A stretch of 61,155 bases of DNA, filler included, from Fonticula-like sp. SCN 57-25 (Eukaryota): NCBI GenBank assembly GCA_001724245.1. It is 4 parts of 4 records of this genome, joined end to end, with 100 filler letters (N's around TTAATTAATTAA, not from the genome) between each part and the next. Parts side by side here need not be neighbours in the genome. Positions count along the whole stretch, not along the records: positions 30,846 to 46,253 come from MEDX01000152.1; 3 more parts are not named here. One strand, written 5' to 3'. The translations under genes were made by a program, and so were the position numbers. Below, in pieces: positions 33,728 to 46,353 of this stretch (the stretch's first letter is position 1; the number at the start of each line of letters is the position of its first letter). Below the pieces are notes generated by a model that saw nothing but the letters and a program-made list of their open reading frames with translations, was not told the origin of the DNA and made no database searches.

Positions 33728-35245
33728 TCAGATACGGTACTGGCACGAGCCGGCCTTGGTAATGTAGCGGACCCACTTGACGGTCTGGTAGTTGCTCTTT
33801 TCAAACACGCGGAGGAACTTGACGTGGAGACCCGACGCGGCAAACATGGGGACCTGGAAGTCGAGCGAAATGGGCGGGCGCGACCATACCTTCTTGACGG
33901 TCTAAAGTGGCACAGTGTGAGCACATTGTGAGTATGTTTAATAGATCGTACGGTGGACGTCAGGTCGGCCTCGGCCGTGAGGGAAAGCTCCATCTGGCCC
34001 TGGAAGCGACCGATGCGCCAGATGATACCGCTGTCTCCGGGCTTGAACTTGGCCTTGCCGGACATGACGCGGATGCGCACGGCGGCAGTGTTGGTCGGCG
34101 TCGGGATGTGCACCTTGACGTCGGTGGCCGCGAGCGTGGCACTGAACGACGCCTAAATGGAGCAAAAACAAAACAATTGTTAGAATCATCCGCAGGGTGC
34201 GCAGGAAACGGTACCTTGACAAGAATCTTAAACTCGACGCGGGTCTTGCCGATTTCGTTGACGATTGCGTGAACTCGGAAAGGCAGGTTGATGTGCTCGG
34301 TGGTGCGGTACTTCATGAGCTCAAACTCGCCATCCGGCGGGATGAACGCGATGGTGCGGTCGACGTCAAAGCGGCCAAGACGCACGCACTGGTGGAACTG
34401 GCAATCGTCCAGCTCGACGCCGGCGGCGCCCTTGCGGCGGCTCGAGCTGGACGAGCTGGCGCCGTCCTTGCGCTGCGCGTCCATGAGCACCTTGTCGTTC
34501 AGGCCGAGCTTGCACTCGGGCATGCCCGAAAGGAACGCCTTCACCATGATGGCACCCGACACGTCCACCTTCAGGATCGAACCCTTGTTGGACATGATCA
34601 GATTGAGGCCCTCAACAACGTCAATAAAGCATTCGTTGCGGCGATAGCGCAGGTCAGCCTTGCGCCACGGGATGGCACCGGTCGTCATCATGGTGATCTT
34701 TTGGCTCTCGCGAGTCAGGCGCTCCGTGCTGATTCCGCCCTGCGAAATGTACATCTTGAGCGACTCAATCTCAGTGTTCTGGGGGTAGCCGTAGTCAATA
34801 AGCTCTGTGGAATACGCAGTAAGTAAAACGCATTAGTAAAAAAACAAGGCGAACCGTCAAGGAGCTCGTAGAGAAGAGTGTAGTTGCTCTTGACCGTCGA
34901 CTCGTTGAGCTTGCCAAAGTAGGCGAGCCCAATGTTTACGAGCTTGTACAAAAACTCAAAGACGAGGGCGGCGTGCACGTTCTGCTTGGTGACGGCAACG
35001 AAATACACGTCCTCATTGCGGATGTGGAAAAAGGTCGTCGAGCCAAAGGTCATCACCGGCGACCGCACGTTGGGGTTGGCCACAACATGGATGCGGAAGA
35101 GGTCCGAAATCGACCGACTGCGGAGCGGATACCGCGTTAGAAGGTGAAGAGACCCCAAAACCAAAGCGTACCGAATGTCGTCGCGGTAAAGGCGATAGAG
35201 CATAACATCGCCCTTGTGGCTGTAAATAAAAAGCCCACTGAGCAT
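33728..35245 (-). CDS. AP2M1: AP-2 complex mu subunit, multi-exon
   Basis: MLSGLFIYSHKG, TGAIPWRK, FLSGMPECKLGLND, LDDCQFHQCVRL, WSRPPISLDFQV, VFEKSNYQTVKWVRY. Confidence 0.93.
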
Positions 35246-35767
35246 GGTGCCGCGTCGCTGGGATCCTCGGCCCTGAAAAGAGGAAAACAAATCAGGAGGA
35301 AATAAGCAACAATCAGATAAATCAGGCGGTAAAATCCTGGGCGGAGTCAGGCGCGATATGGAACGTCAAACATGCGACCTCTTTGAGGACGCCTGCGCTC
35401 GCTCTTTGGCTGTTATGCTCTAAATCGCCGGCACGACCGCAGCTTCCGCACTCGATCGTTTCAGCGTGCCACATCCCTTATGTGTTTATGTGTGACGGGG
35501 TCCTTGTGCGCCTCCTTTCGTGAGTCCTTATTAAATTTTGTTTCAAAAAAAGTAGGCTTGCGTCACTGTTTCGAAACGCACCAATCAGGATCGAGCATTC
35601 GTCAAATTGAAGTCTGTGGGGAGCGACCCGATTTCTAGGTAGGGCCGACAGCGCGACATTCCCGGATCGGCGTCTAGTTTAAGAGCTTGTTACCGTTTGT
35701 GTAAAAGAGGGCTTCTTTGCGCTCCTCTCCCTTGGTCCGTTCTGCTGCATCTTCTCCTTCTTCTCCA

Positions 35768-36620
35768 ATGGACTGGAGCCAGCCGTCTCTATACCGGGCC
35801 ATTGCGGCGTCCGTCGCCAGCTCCTTGTTTGCGAGCTTTGCCGCACGCGTAGAGTATAATACAAAGAGCCTCACCAAGGCTTTCGGCCACCCGCTGGACG
35901 CCATGCGTGTGTTTGGCGTCATTATCGTCTTGATGGCCCTCTGGCGGGATGCTAGGTTCGTCCCGATTGCTTGTTCTTCCCCTTTGCTAAATATAGCCAT
36001 TGCAGCTTTATCGAAGCGATTCTCGACCAACCGACCAGTCCTTGGCTCCACAACGGGACCGTATTCACGTCGGCAATTGTTTTGCTCGTCGTCGGATGTG
36101 TTCTCTTTTACACGGCGGTGTACAGGCTGGGCATGCGCGGCTGCTTTTATGGTCCGCAGGTTGTTTCTGTCATCGAGCTCGGCTGACTTTTGGCCTCTCA
36201 CTGTTTAGGCGATTATTTCGGCTTGCCGCTAGAGAAGCGCATTATGAGCTTTCCGTTCGACACGCTGGACCACCCGATGCACGTTGGCTCGACCATGATC
36301 AGCCTCTGCATCGCCCTGTTGTGCGTTTGGCCTTTTTCTTTGCAATGCCATTAACGGGCGTCTAGGTACGGAAGCTGGGCCGGCGTGCTGCTCTCCGCCA
36401 TCACATGGTGCTCGTACAGGGTCATCACGGCTGCTGAAGCGTACGCGCACCCCGCTTCATTGTGCTCATCTCACACACCTCGCGCAGGCGCCACACGACG
36501 GCCATCTACGGTCCGTACATCCCGCCGGTCAACGGGTCCGTCTTTAAGATTCTGGCGCTCAAGACGGTCATGGCGCCGGCCAGTTTGGCGCCGTCGAGCC
36601 CAAAGAGCCCGCGGTATTAG
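35768..36620 (+). CDS. PEMT: Phospholipid N-methyltransferase (PEMT/OPI3-like); 4 introns
   Basis: ARVEYNTKSLTK, LGMRGCFYG|DYFG, FPFDTLDHPMHVGST. Confidence 0.85.
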
Positions 36621-36786
36621 TAGCACAGCATCCCGTGGGTTCCCGTGCTTCCGCGGCGTGGCTTTGTCAGCGCCGTCGGGTCCTTTCGTGTGACATAGTT
36701 TGAAACATACTAGAGAATATATTATTGTACATTGCACCATAATGAAGAAATCGTCCAGAGGCGACCGAGCACGTCCACGTATCCAA

Positions 36787-37017
36787 CTAGGCATTGAATC
36801 CGTGGCTGCGCATGCACGCCTTGTGCGCCTCGATGAGGTCGCCGCACTTGGCCTCGCCGTTCTCCATGACGCACACGTCGCGCGCTTTCTGCACACATCA
36901 CAGGTTACCACCATGCTGCAGGTTCAGACCTGCGCGTACCTTGGTCTCGGGGCAAGCACAGCACGGCTTGAGCTTCTTCTCGCCGGCGGGCGCAGCCGCA
37001 GTGTCACCTCCCGACAT
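36787..37017 (-). CDS. COX17: Cytochrome c oxidase copper chaperone; 1 intron
   Basis: [19 protein letters not shown]...[17 protein letters not shown]. Confidence 0.96.
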
Positions 37018-37260
37018 GTTGGGTCGCTTGGTCAAATGGCGAAACGTGACAGGTCGGTTTGAAACCTAATACAACTTTACCGTAACTTTTCGCCCAATTA
37101 GGAAGTCATGACGGCAGGCCGTGTCTTGTTTGGTTTTGAGCGTGACGCGAGCGCCGACTGGGTACGCGGACGGTCGCGCGCAGTGTTGATCGGGCGGGTT
37201 GCTGACGCCTTATTCCGCGACGTATAGTTCTTTCGGACGCTTGAATAACGTAGCTGAACC

Positions 37261-38518
37261 ATGGCTGACGCTGCAAAGGTGCGGTTCGCCTTGGTGGCTG
37301 CAATTCGTTACTCATGCCGACGGCGCATGCCCGACGTAGGCCGAGGAGCTGATCCAGCTCGCTCAGAAGAAGCTCAAGGGGAACTGGCTTTTCGGTGGCG
37401 GAAGCAGCCGCTTTGAGGATGCCTCTGATCTCTACATCAAGGCGGGCAACATGCTCAAGATGGCCAAGAAGTGTCCGTTTCTTTCCCTTTCCCTTGCTTT
37501 TCTGATGCATGACGACAGGGAAGGAGGCCGGCGATGCGTTCGTGCAGAGCGCTGACTGCCTCACCAAGGCCCAGAGCCGCCACGAGGCCGCGACGAATTT
37601 TGTGCAGGCCGCGAACTGCTACCGCAAGGTGAACGCGCGCGATGCCGTCGAGAAGCTGCAGGAGGCCGTGAGCATCTTTACCGAGCTCGGCCGCTTCAGC
37701 ATCGCCGCCAAGCACCAGAAGGAGATTGCCGAGATTTACGAGAGGTGCGTATCATTGAGCGTTGTCTCTTTTTTGCGTCGACGCCTTTGCTCATAATGCG
37801 ATGCTTGCAGCGAGCTTGTCGACCTCGAGTCCGCCATCACCGCATACCAATTGGCCGCTGACTGGTACCTCGGCGAGGAATCCAAGAGGTGCGCATTTTG
37901 TGCAAAAGTCGCTGTTATTCGCAGTTGTATGTGTTTTTTGTTGCGTTTACCAGGCATTTATTACTCTATTTTTCATGTAGCTCTTGGTTCTGCTTGACGC
38001 TCTTGTTTGTATTGTTTGCACTTTTTCATTTCTCTGCGTTTTTGCTCACGCCTTGCCTACAGCTCTGCCAGCACCTGCCTGCTCAAGGTTGCCCTTTTCA
38101 GCGCCCAGCTCGAAAAGTACGACGCTGCCATCCGCATCTACGAGGACATTGCGAGCCAGTCGGTGGACAACCAGCTGCTCCGCTGGTCGGTCAAGGAGTA
38201 CTTTTTGCGCGCTGGCATGTGCCACTTGTGTGCTGTGCGTTGCTTTTTATTTTCCTTATTCATTTACTGACTTTTATTCAGGATGTAATCAACGCCAAGA
38301 ACGCGATCCGCCGCTACGAGGACATGGACCCGACCTTTGGCTCGTCGCGCGAGGCGCAGTTCCTCAACGCCCTCGCCGATGCCGCCGGCAACAACGACGT
38401 CGAAGAGTTCACCAACCAGGTCGTCGAGTTTGACTCTTTCAGCAAGCTGGATAACTGGAAGACCACCATGCTTCTGCGCGTCAAGCGCAGCATCCGCGAC
38501 GAGTCGTCGCTCACGTAA
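37261..38518 (+). CDS. SEC17: Alpha-SNAP (Sec17/NAPA), multi-exon
   Basis: GRFSIAAKHQKEIAEIYE, LLRWSVKEYFL, DPTFGSSRE, KLDNWKTTMLLRVK. Confidence 0.96.
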
Positions 38519-38707
38519 TCGTTTGCAGCCTAGGTTTTTGTACCGCCCCAGAAAAATACAAAGCAGATAGTTTAAGGCATGGCTGGGCATACAGACGAGT
38601 AAACGGAATCGCTGGTCCACTAGTCAGATCGGGTGACATTTCAGCGCTGCAAGATTGCCAGCGTTCAAAATCTGAACCGATATCGCAGTTTTGGCGGGAA
38701 ACCGACC

Positions 38708-41598
38708 ATGAAGCGACAGCGAAGCGATTCGGCGGCATCGACGCCCGGCGGATCGCCGTCCATTATGGACGCCTTTGTTGTTCGTCGAAACTCGTCCGGA
38801 GAGCGAATAGTGTCTTCGCCACAGTCTGTGCCGCAGACGCCGAGCAGATCATCACGAGGCGGAGGAACTCCCTCGCGGTGGCGCACCGGGCGGCCCTCCT
38901 CGGCACCGTCGACACCAGCAGCGCTCCCCTGGACGGGCAGCGCGCGGGATGCGCTGGGGCGCCTGCTGGACGTTGTCTCTCCGCGGCTTCTTTCGTTCAG
39001 CGAGCTGGCAGCTCAGACAGACGCGAGTCTGCGGCAGCTCACCGAGACCGAGCGCGACATCGTCCGCCTCATGGTGCGAACGGCTGTTGTTGTGCCTAGC
39101 GGCATCTGACGCCGCGCTAGTACGAGGAGAGCAGCCCGTGGGTGACCACCTTGCGCGCCGAGCGGCGTTTTCCGCGCGTTCCCCGTGACGAGCTTGTTCG
39201 CGCGCTCGACTCGCTCGAGTCGCAGGGCCTCGTCGAGCGCGCGCAGCCACCCCCGCCACTGCCCTTTCTGCTGCAGACACTGACCGTGGAGATGCTCCTA
39301 GAGCTCATCGGCCAGGTGGGCGCGGTGGTGGCGTCGGCGCGCGCCGAAAAGGCGTCTCTCGTTGAGGCGCTGGTGCAGTGCGACCGGGCGCAGAGCGGTG
39401 GCGCGCTGTCAGACCGCCTCGGCGCACTGCTCGGCGGCTGCTACGTGCTCACCAAGGCCGTCTCGCAGACCGTCGGCGTCCTCGTTACCGTCGCATTTCT
39501 CGACGAGGCCGACGCGGACGCGGCGTCCACCGCAGAGGCCCTCGTCGCGAGGGAAGACCGCTTTGTGCGCAACCTGTACGCGGCGCAGCGATTTGTCCAG
39601 CGCGGCGGCGAAGCGGCCCTCTCGCGCCTCATGAGGTGCGCTTGTTTTTTCTCGTATTGCCGCTAGTTTACTGAATTGTCGATGGCTTGCTAGGCCTTAC
39701 GTGCACACGTCGGCGTACCCGATCCTCACGGCGAATGATGAGGACCGCACAGTGTTCCCCGACGCGTTCCGCGTGCGAAACTTTGCACTCGCGCTCGCTC
39801 TGAACCGCCACTTTGACGTTCTGAGCGCGTTCCTGTCTGTTTCGCGGCGGTGGGAGGCCGCGGCGCCGACAGCCGACCACGCTACATCGGTCATCGAATG
39901 CTGGCGCCAAGGTGCGCCAATCACTCTTTCCTTTTAATCTATCTCACATTTCCACTACCAGCGATTGCGCTCCTGCACAAGGCCGCCTCGCGCCTCGAAG
40001 AGCTCAAGCGGTGTAGCTCCCCTCTCACGGCCGACCCCATGTCGATCCCAGCCGTACTCGGCGACGCGTACGCGAGCGGCGCCCCCGTCTGGATGCCGCG
40101 CACGGACGCGCCTCCCTCTGCTAGCGACACCGCCGACACTGATTCGCCACCGTTGCTTGAGCCGACCGAGTGGCGCCGCGTCCCCGTCATGGCCGCTGAC
40201 GCCCCATCCATCTTCACCATCCCGCTCATTCACGTGGACACCACCGATCCCGCCGCGCGCCCCGCCGACCTGAGCGCGAGCTACCTGGACGACCTGAGCG
40301 AGGGCGGCCTGCTCGCGCGCACGCTGTGGCACGGCGTGTCGCTCATTGATCGCATGCGGGTGCCCGCCGAGGTCGCACAGGACGTTGACGCAGCGCAGGT
40401 GCGCGACTGGCTGCAGCTGCTTCTCTACCTGCCCTTCCACAAGGGCCGCCGCGGTAAATGGTGGGTACGGCTTGTAGGCGTTTTGAAAAAGCTCTCGCCA
40501 AAGTACGCCCTCGAGGGATGCATCCAGGGTACGATGACACACTGGGGTATATATTTTTTGCTTATTCGTGTCGGCAGCCCTGAATGACCCGCTGTGCTGC
40601 GCCGGGCAGCGTATCGCGGTCGAGGCGCGCGTCCAGCAGCTGCTAAAAATCAGGCCGCCGCTCACGACGCGGTCTTTCCCGCCGTCACCCATGCTTGGCG
40701 TGTCCGACGTCGACACCATCGAGGCCATACGAGGTGCGCTAATGGTTAAAAATGCGGCTGGGCTGACAGTGGGAACAGCGCCGATAAAGGGCGCGCGGCC
40801 CATGTGGTTTCTGCCAGGCGACACCGATGCGCCCGAAGCCATCTCGAGCGCCGTCCATGTCGAGACGTTTGCCATGGCGCACTACACGGACTCGGGGCGC
40901 AACGGGCTCGCGGCGCAGCACTGCGAGGGGTCGCTCTGGCGCGCACTTTTTTACCTCCTACTCGCTGACGAGATCTACGCGGCACCGCAGTGCGGCGGTA
41001 CGTCTCTTTCAGTCTTTTTTATTATCTGCTCATTTTGCTGGCCAGTGGCGGGGATATTTAGGCATCGGTACCAGTTTGGCCCGCTCGACCTGCATGCGAT
41101 GAATGACTTTTACATGAACCGCGTACTTGAGATTGAGTCTAAGCTGGAGGTGCGCATTGGCCTCACTGACACGCCTTTCTCACTCTACTGCAGCGTATCG
41201 AGCAGGGCGCCGGGCCGGCGATTGTGGCCGCCGCGCTGGACCGCCTCCATGCACAGGACAACCAGTCGCGCGCCATGTGGCTCGGCTCGTACACGTCGGA
41301 CGTTCTCGTGTCTGTCGCGCGCGCGTCGCCGCCGAAAGCGCTGGCCGCCATCGTGCGTGCCCTTTCCCGCAACCTGAGCGGCCTGGCGGCGGGGATGCCC
41401 GACCTCGTCGTGTGGGACCCGTCCGAAGCGGCTGCCGCGGTGCCGTCGCTCAGGCTAGTCGAGGTCAAGGGGCCGAACGACCGGCTGTCGGACGAGCAGC
41501 GGCACTGGATCCATGTGCTTGTCGAGAGCGGCGCGCGCGTCACGCTCTGCCACGTGCGCGCGGCGGGCGAGCCGGTCCAGGAAGACGACCTCGCGTGA
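38708..41598 (+). CDS. FAN1: FAN1-like nuclease (VRR-NUC), multi-exon
   Basis: RRGKWWVRL, HCEGSLW, GPLDL, GMPDLVVW...VEVKGPNDRLSDEQRHWI. Confidence 0.88.
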
Positions 41599-41771
41599 AC
41601 TACCTAGTGATTTGTGTTGTATTACTAGTTTGATCTGCATTCATTCTGTTTCATAATACAATTTTGATTCGTTATCCTATGCGCCACTTGTCCAGCTGTG
41701 CTTCCCAGGCCCAATTGAAAGTTTTGTTGCTGTTTTGTTGCAATCTTGCCATATTCTCCAGTACTCCTATG

Positions 41772-42776
41772 CTAGTCCAGAGCAAGCACGATCTTGCCCG
41801 CTTTGGCGTTTGCGATGACGGCTTCATGGGCGCGCGGCGCATCGTTCATCGCAAACGTCTCACCGACGACCGGCGCGACGTTTGATGTCGCAAAGATGTC
41901 CTCGAGGTCCCTTGCCGAGTCGGCGAGCTCCTGCACGGTCGCCGCAAACAGCATGACGCCGACTACCATCGCCTCCTTGCGCATTAGATTGCGCGGGTCA
42001 ATTGATACTTCGCCCCTGCTGCCGACCACGACAATGCGCCCATTCTGGGCGACCATCGCGGCATCGGCGCCCAGGTTGATGTGCGCAGCGTTCTCCACGA
42101 TAATGTCGACACCCTTGTTGTCCGTAGCGCGCATAATCTCGTCCGTGTAGCCGGGCTTGCTGTGGTCAAACACCCGGTGTGCCCCAAGACGGGTCACGAG
42201 GTCGCGCCCCTCGCTCGTGCTCGCCGTGCCAAGCACCGTCATGCCCCGAAGGCGGGCCAGCTGGACGGCGGCCGTGCCCACGCCGCCACTCGCGCCGTGG
42301 ACAAGCACGGTCTTGCCGGCAGCACCAGCGCCCTTGACAAAAAGCGCGCGGTACGCGGTCGTGTATGGGATCCCGACGCTCGCGCCCTGCTCAAAAGACA
42401 TGCTGTCGGGGATCTTGATGACGGTCGACTCGTCGCTCACGCCGTACTGCGCGTACGATCCCGTCAGCGACCCAAACGTCGCGACGCGATCGCCAGGCTT
42501 GACATGCGTCACGTCGGCGCCGACAGACTCTACGACGCCCCCGCCGTCCTTGCCGGGCGTGTACGGAAGTGAGGGCAGAGCGGCGTACACGCCTGACCGC
42601 TGGTAGGTCTCAACCGGATTCACGCCCGCCGCCCGGTACCGGATCAAAACATGCTTTGCGCCCAGTTGATCAAATGGAAGTGAGACACTGTCCTCGACCT
42701 TGAGCACGCTGGGCGCGCCGAATTCGTGGACGCGAACCGCGCGGAATCGCATCGCAAGCTGGCGGCCGGACGCCAT
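41772..42776 (-). CDS. CRYZ: NADPH:quinone oxidoreductase (zeta-crystallin); intronless
   Basis: GVNPVETYQRSG, PYTPGKD, GIPYTTAYRAL, HGASGGVG. Confidence 0.93.
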   Translation of the reverse strand: MASGRQLAMRFRAVRVHEFGAPSVLKVEDSVSLPFDQLGAKHVLIRYRAAGVNPVETYQRSGVYAALPSLPYTPGKDGGGVVESVGADVTHVKPGDRVATFGSLTGSYAQYGVSDESTVIKIPDSMSFEQGASVGIPYTTAYRALFVKGAGAAGKTVLVHGASGGVGTAAVQLARLRGMTVLGTASTSEGRDLVTRLGAHRVFDHSKPGYTDEIMRATDNKGVDIIVENAAHINLGADAAMVAQNGRIVVVGSRGEVSIDPRNLMRKEAMVVGVMLFAATVQELADSARDLEDIFATSNVAPVVGETFAMNDAPRAHEAVIANAKAGKIVLALD

Positions 42777-42833
42777 ATCAGGGGGTCGCTTGGATGACTC
42801 AGCAACTACTTGCCCACGTGGGCGCTGCTGCTG

Positions 42834-44083
42834 ATGCCAACCGTGCTGGTGGGGCCAGAGGCAGGCGACCGCCGCCCGGCCGACCAGACTGCGTTCGCCG
42901 CACAGTGTACGGAAAAGAGAGTTATTGTATCATATCTAACTGATGGAGTATAGTGGAAGCTCAATGTAGCTCGCGAATCAGCGACATTGCAAAGGTCACT
43001 CGGGTGCCGTCGCAGCAAGGCTGGGGTGAAGCCGTGTCGGAAGCATGCACATACCTGAATAGCACATATGGCGAGTCGGAGGGCCTGCAGGTGTTGCTTA
43101 TCATTCCGTCGTCAGATACGGTCGAGCGCCTCTCGTTTCGCGAGATTCCTTCGAATATTCGTATGAACGCCCTCCAAGTGTGCGTCAAGGGCGATGATGG
43201 GGCGCTCGCCGCCCCCTGCTCCTCCCTGTCATCCTTTTGCGGGCGCACCGGCGGCCTTGCCCAGAGCGTCGGCATGTCGTGGGACGCGGCCTTTGCCTCC
43301 CCGCAGATCGACGTCCTCATCAAGACGTTTTACGACAGTTCTCCCTTGACGCTCCGTGTCGGAGCGCTCTCCGCCGCAGTGCGCCTCGACCCTCACCCGT
43401 CGCAATGCACGCCCTCACCTCCCATCTCCTCTCTGGACATTGTGGGATTTGTGCCGGCCGACCGCACATACGTCGCCGGCGCCTCTGTGCGCTTGGCAGT
43501 GCTCGGCGCCACCTCGGCCGCATCCTCGATTTTTGCCGCGCTTCTGGCCGCGCTGCAGTCGCAGCAGGTCCTCGCCGTGGTCTCTCTTGGCGGCGACCAG
43601 TGGGCGTGCATCGGCGCCAACCCGCAGTCGCCCGGCGCGGCCGTCCTGATGCTGTGGCCGGACGGGCTCGCCAGCACGTGGGCCGCCATGCTGGCCGGCC
43701 GCGCACCGCTCTCCAGCGCGCCCGCGTACGCAGCGGCCAAGGACGGCATCATGGTGTCGGCGAGCGTTGTGCCGGCGCGCGTGCGGCGGCTTGCGAGGAT
43801 GTGCAAGGCGCTTCCGGCCGAGGCGCCTGATCTCGTCAGCGAGATCAACGGCATCTTTGGGGCCGCCAGGTTGCTCGCGCTGGAGGATCCTCGCGGCGCC
43901 ATTCTAGAGCAGCTCGGCAAAGCAAAGACGCCGTCAGAAGAAGCCGCGGCTATTGTTGCACATATCGTCAAGCAGGTTCGCGAGGCTAAAGTCGGGGACA
44001 AGATCGAGCTCGAGGCGAAAAAGGCGCCGCCATCAAGGAAGCGTTCGAGCATCGCGGCTCTCCTCAACGACAAGGACGAATGA
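42834..44083 (+). CDS. Integrator subunit 14 (VWA9)-like protein; 1 intron near the 5' end
   Basis: MPTVLV start, LDIVGFV, FAALLAALQSQQVLAVVSLG..W and RRLARMCKALP...SEIN resemble INTS14 segments in the same order. Confidence 0.6.
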
Positions 44084-44245
44084 TCGCGACGCCTTTTTCA
44101 GTGAGCATGGCGACAGATTCGATTCAACGTAATTATTCCTATATGATTCAGTGTGTATTATATGTGTATTTTTATTGCAAAACATGTATATTGGGACGAC
44201 AATGTAGTGGTACAGACTCGCTCGCGGCAAGTGGCAGGGCCGTCG

Positions 44246-44724
44246 TTAGCCGGGGCCAATCTGCAGGCAAATATGTCAGTATGCACAGACCATAAAACGC
44301 GTGAATGAGATGGCGTACGCGGGGAATGTCGTTGTGCTCGCTGAGCTTCTCGAGGTACTCGTTGTACTGCTTCACATTGTCCTTGTGCGACTTTGATGCC
44401 ATCTCGACCACCCGCGCCTCGAGCTACCCAAACGTCAGAACAATGAACTGCAAAGGACAAGAGTCAAGGGACAATAGTCGTACACGCTCCCGAAGCTTCG
44501 CCTCGTTGGCAAGCTCCGCTTTCGTCTTTGTCACCTGCGGCTGCGGGGGTGTTTGCTCCTTGGTGCTCTTTTGGCCGGCCGAAGAAGGCTTGTCACTGCG
44601 GCCTCCCTGAGCATTGACAACACACAAGAGCGTCCGCGTACCTCGTCGACTGCTTCTTGACGCTGCCGGGCTTGGTCACCTTGCCGCCCTTGAGCTTGAG
44701 CTTGCCCTTCACGACGGTGTCCAT
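44246..44724 (-). CDS. FAM32A: FAM32A-like protein; 3 introns
   Basis: KGKLKLKG, TKAE, SHKDNVKQYNEYLEKLSEHNDIPR|IGPG. Confidence 0.88.
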
Positions 44725-45256
44725 CGTTGCTGGCAGGGTTCGGTCACCCAAACGAAATCTGGGGCAGACTCTTGGGATGGAATGTCAAAAGGACTGTGCA
44801 AGGTGGTGGACTGTGAACGGCTTATGGACTGACGGAGCCTTTGAGCGAAGCGAGAAGAAACGCATTAAAGCCAACCAAAAAAAAACACCCGCATTCTGTA
44901 AGCCTGTGGGCATAGGTTGTACGCGTCGTGATGTGCAATTCATATCGTGAACAGCTATGGATGACTTTTCAAACGAAAGACTTTTGACATCGGTAGGTTC
45001 GCAAGGAAGGAACGCATAGCAGGCAAAACAAGAATGCGCGCAACCCATTCGCCGTTCGACATAGGTTAAATGAGTATCGAATATGCTCAGGGTCTAACCC
45101 AATCTCCATCTCTCCATCTCTGTCCACTCAAAGCCGATGCGAAAAAAAGGATTCCATCTCGTCTCCCATCGCAACCCACCCCACTGCCCATGCTGCAAAA
45201 TATCAAAAAGCATATTATATATTCACCTACCCTAGTTTTCCACAAAAGCGATTTGT

Positions 45257-45636
45257 TTAGTGGTACTTGCGGTTGACGTCGTGCTTCTCTGTTAATGCCG
45301 TCGTGGTCAGATTCGGAAAACAAGCCACGACAAAAATGCGTACTGAGGTGGGGGTACTCAATAGTGTAGCCAATGAGGCCAACCAAAAGCATTACGTGAA
45401 TAACCGGGCGCGCGCGGCCGGCCTTGCCAAAGTACTTTGACGTGTACCGCGAGGCAAAGTTGGTCCAGTTGGTGCGCATCGTCTCGCTACAGAAAACAAA
45501 AAAAAAGAGAAGAAAACGTCAATACACGGTTCAACACAACACCAAAAATTAAAGACAAAGCGTACCCGCGGAGGTTCTCACCGACAAAGGCCGGGAGCTC
45601 CTTAACCTTGACATCCATAAAGCTCTTGTCCGCCAT
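45257..45636 (-). CDS. ATP5MF: Mitochondrial ATP synthase subunit f; 2 introns
   Basis: MDVKVKELP, RYTSKY, single TM helix, YPHL|KHDVNRKYH. Confidence 0.8.
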
Positions 45637-45847
45637 GGTCGTCCACGCACGCTCGGAGGTAAAAAGAGTATGTTGGTTTGAATCCGACTTGCTGATTGCA
45701 AACATCAACTTTTTGCTGCTTGCCGTATACGTGCTCGGCTGCCAAAACGTGTGGCTTTCCCTTAAACTCAATAGTGCACTCTCAAATAGGTCGCTTTTAA
45801 TGGCATGAATTAATATATTCATCTGTACACAAAAGTCATAAGCCGCC

Positions 45848-46253
45848 TCACCACATTCCCTCAAGAACGGTGGAAAGTGCGAGTGGCTGCGGTAGCTGGA
45901 ACACTTCTCCGCGGTCGGCCTCTGAACCAATGCCGCCCAGCGTGGCCCGCAGCATTGTGTTGGAGTAGACTGCGGATGTATCCCCGTTCAGCGCGAGTGT
46001 AATATGCGGCACGTGAGACGGATCTGGCCGCCGGAGCTCGCCGGGAATCTGGACGACCGCGGCGCACGCCGACGCGTTCTGAACCACGTGCGTCACCGTG
46101 ATTGTGAACCCGCGGCGGAGATTCTTGCTCGCGTACTCCATCAGCGGCACGTCGGCAGGGTTCTCGGGCTCCTTTGACCGCCCGAAAAAGACAATTGTGA
46201 CATGCGGGCCGCTCGGCTTGTCCACCGGCGTCGTGTTGGAGTAGTCTGAAATG
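45848..46253 (-). CDS. C-terminal 2H cyclic phosphodiesterase domain, Trl1-type tRNA ligase-like (5' end lost in gap)
   Basis: Two HxT motifs (HVTI, HITL) followed by AVYSNTML. Confidence 0.6.
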
Positions 46254-46353
46254 NNNNNNNNNNNNNNNNNNNNNNNNNNNNNNNNNNNNNNNNNNNNTTA
46301 ATTAATTAANNNNNNNNNNNNNNNNNNNNNNNNNNNNNNNNNNNNNNNNNNNN
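46254..46353. other. Assembly gap with TTAATTAATTAA linker
   Basis: 100-nt N run. Confidence 0.98.

Noticed and set aside
37889-38062. Long (174 nt) pyrimidine-rich intron in alpha-SNAP as host of an alternative exon
   Set aside because: An internal AG is present, but no convincing donor or coding cassette
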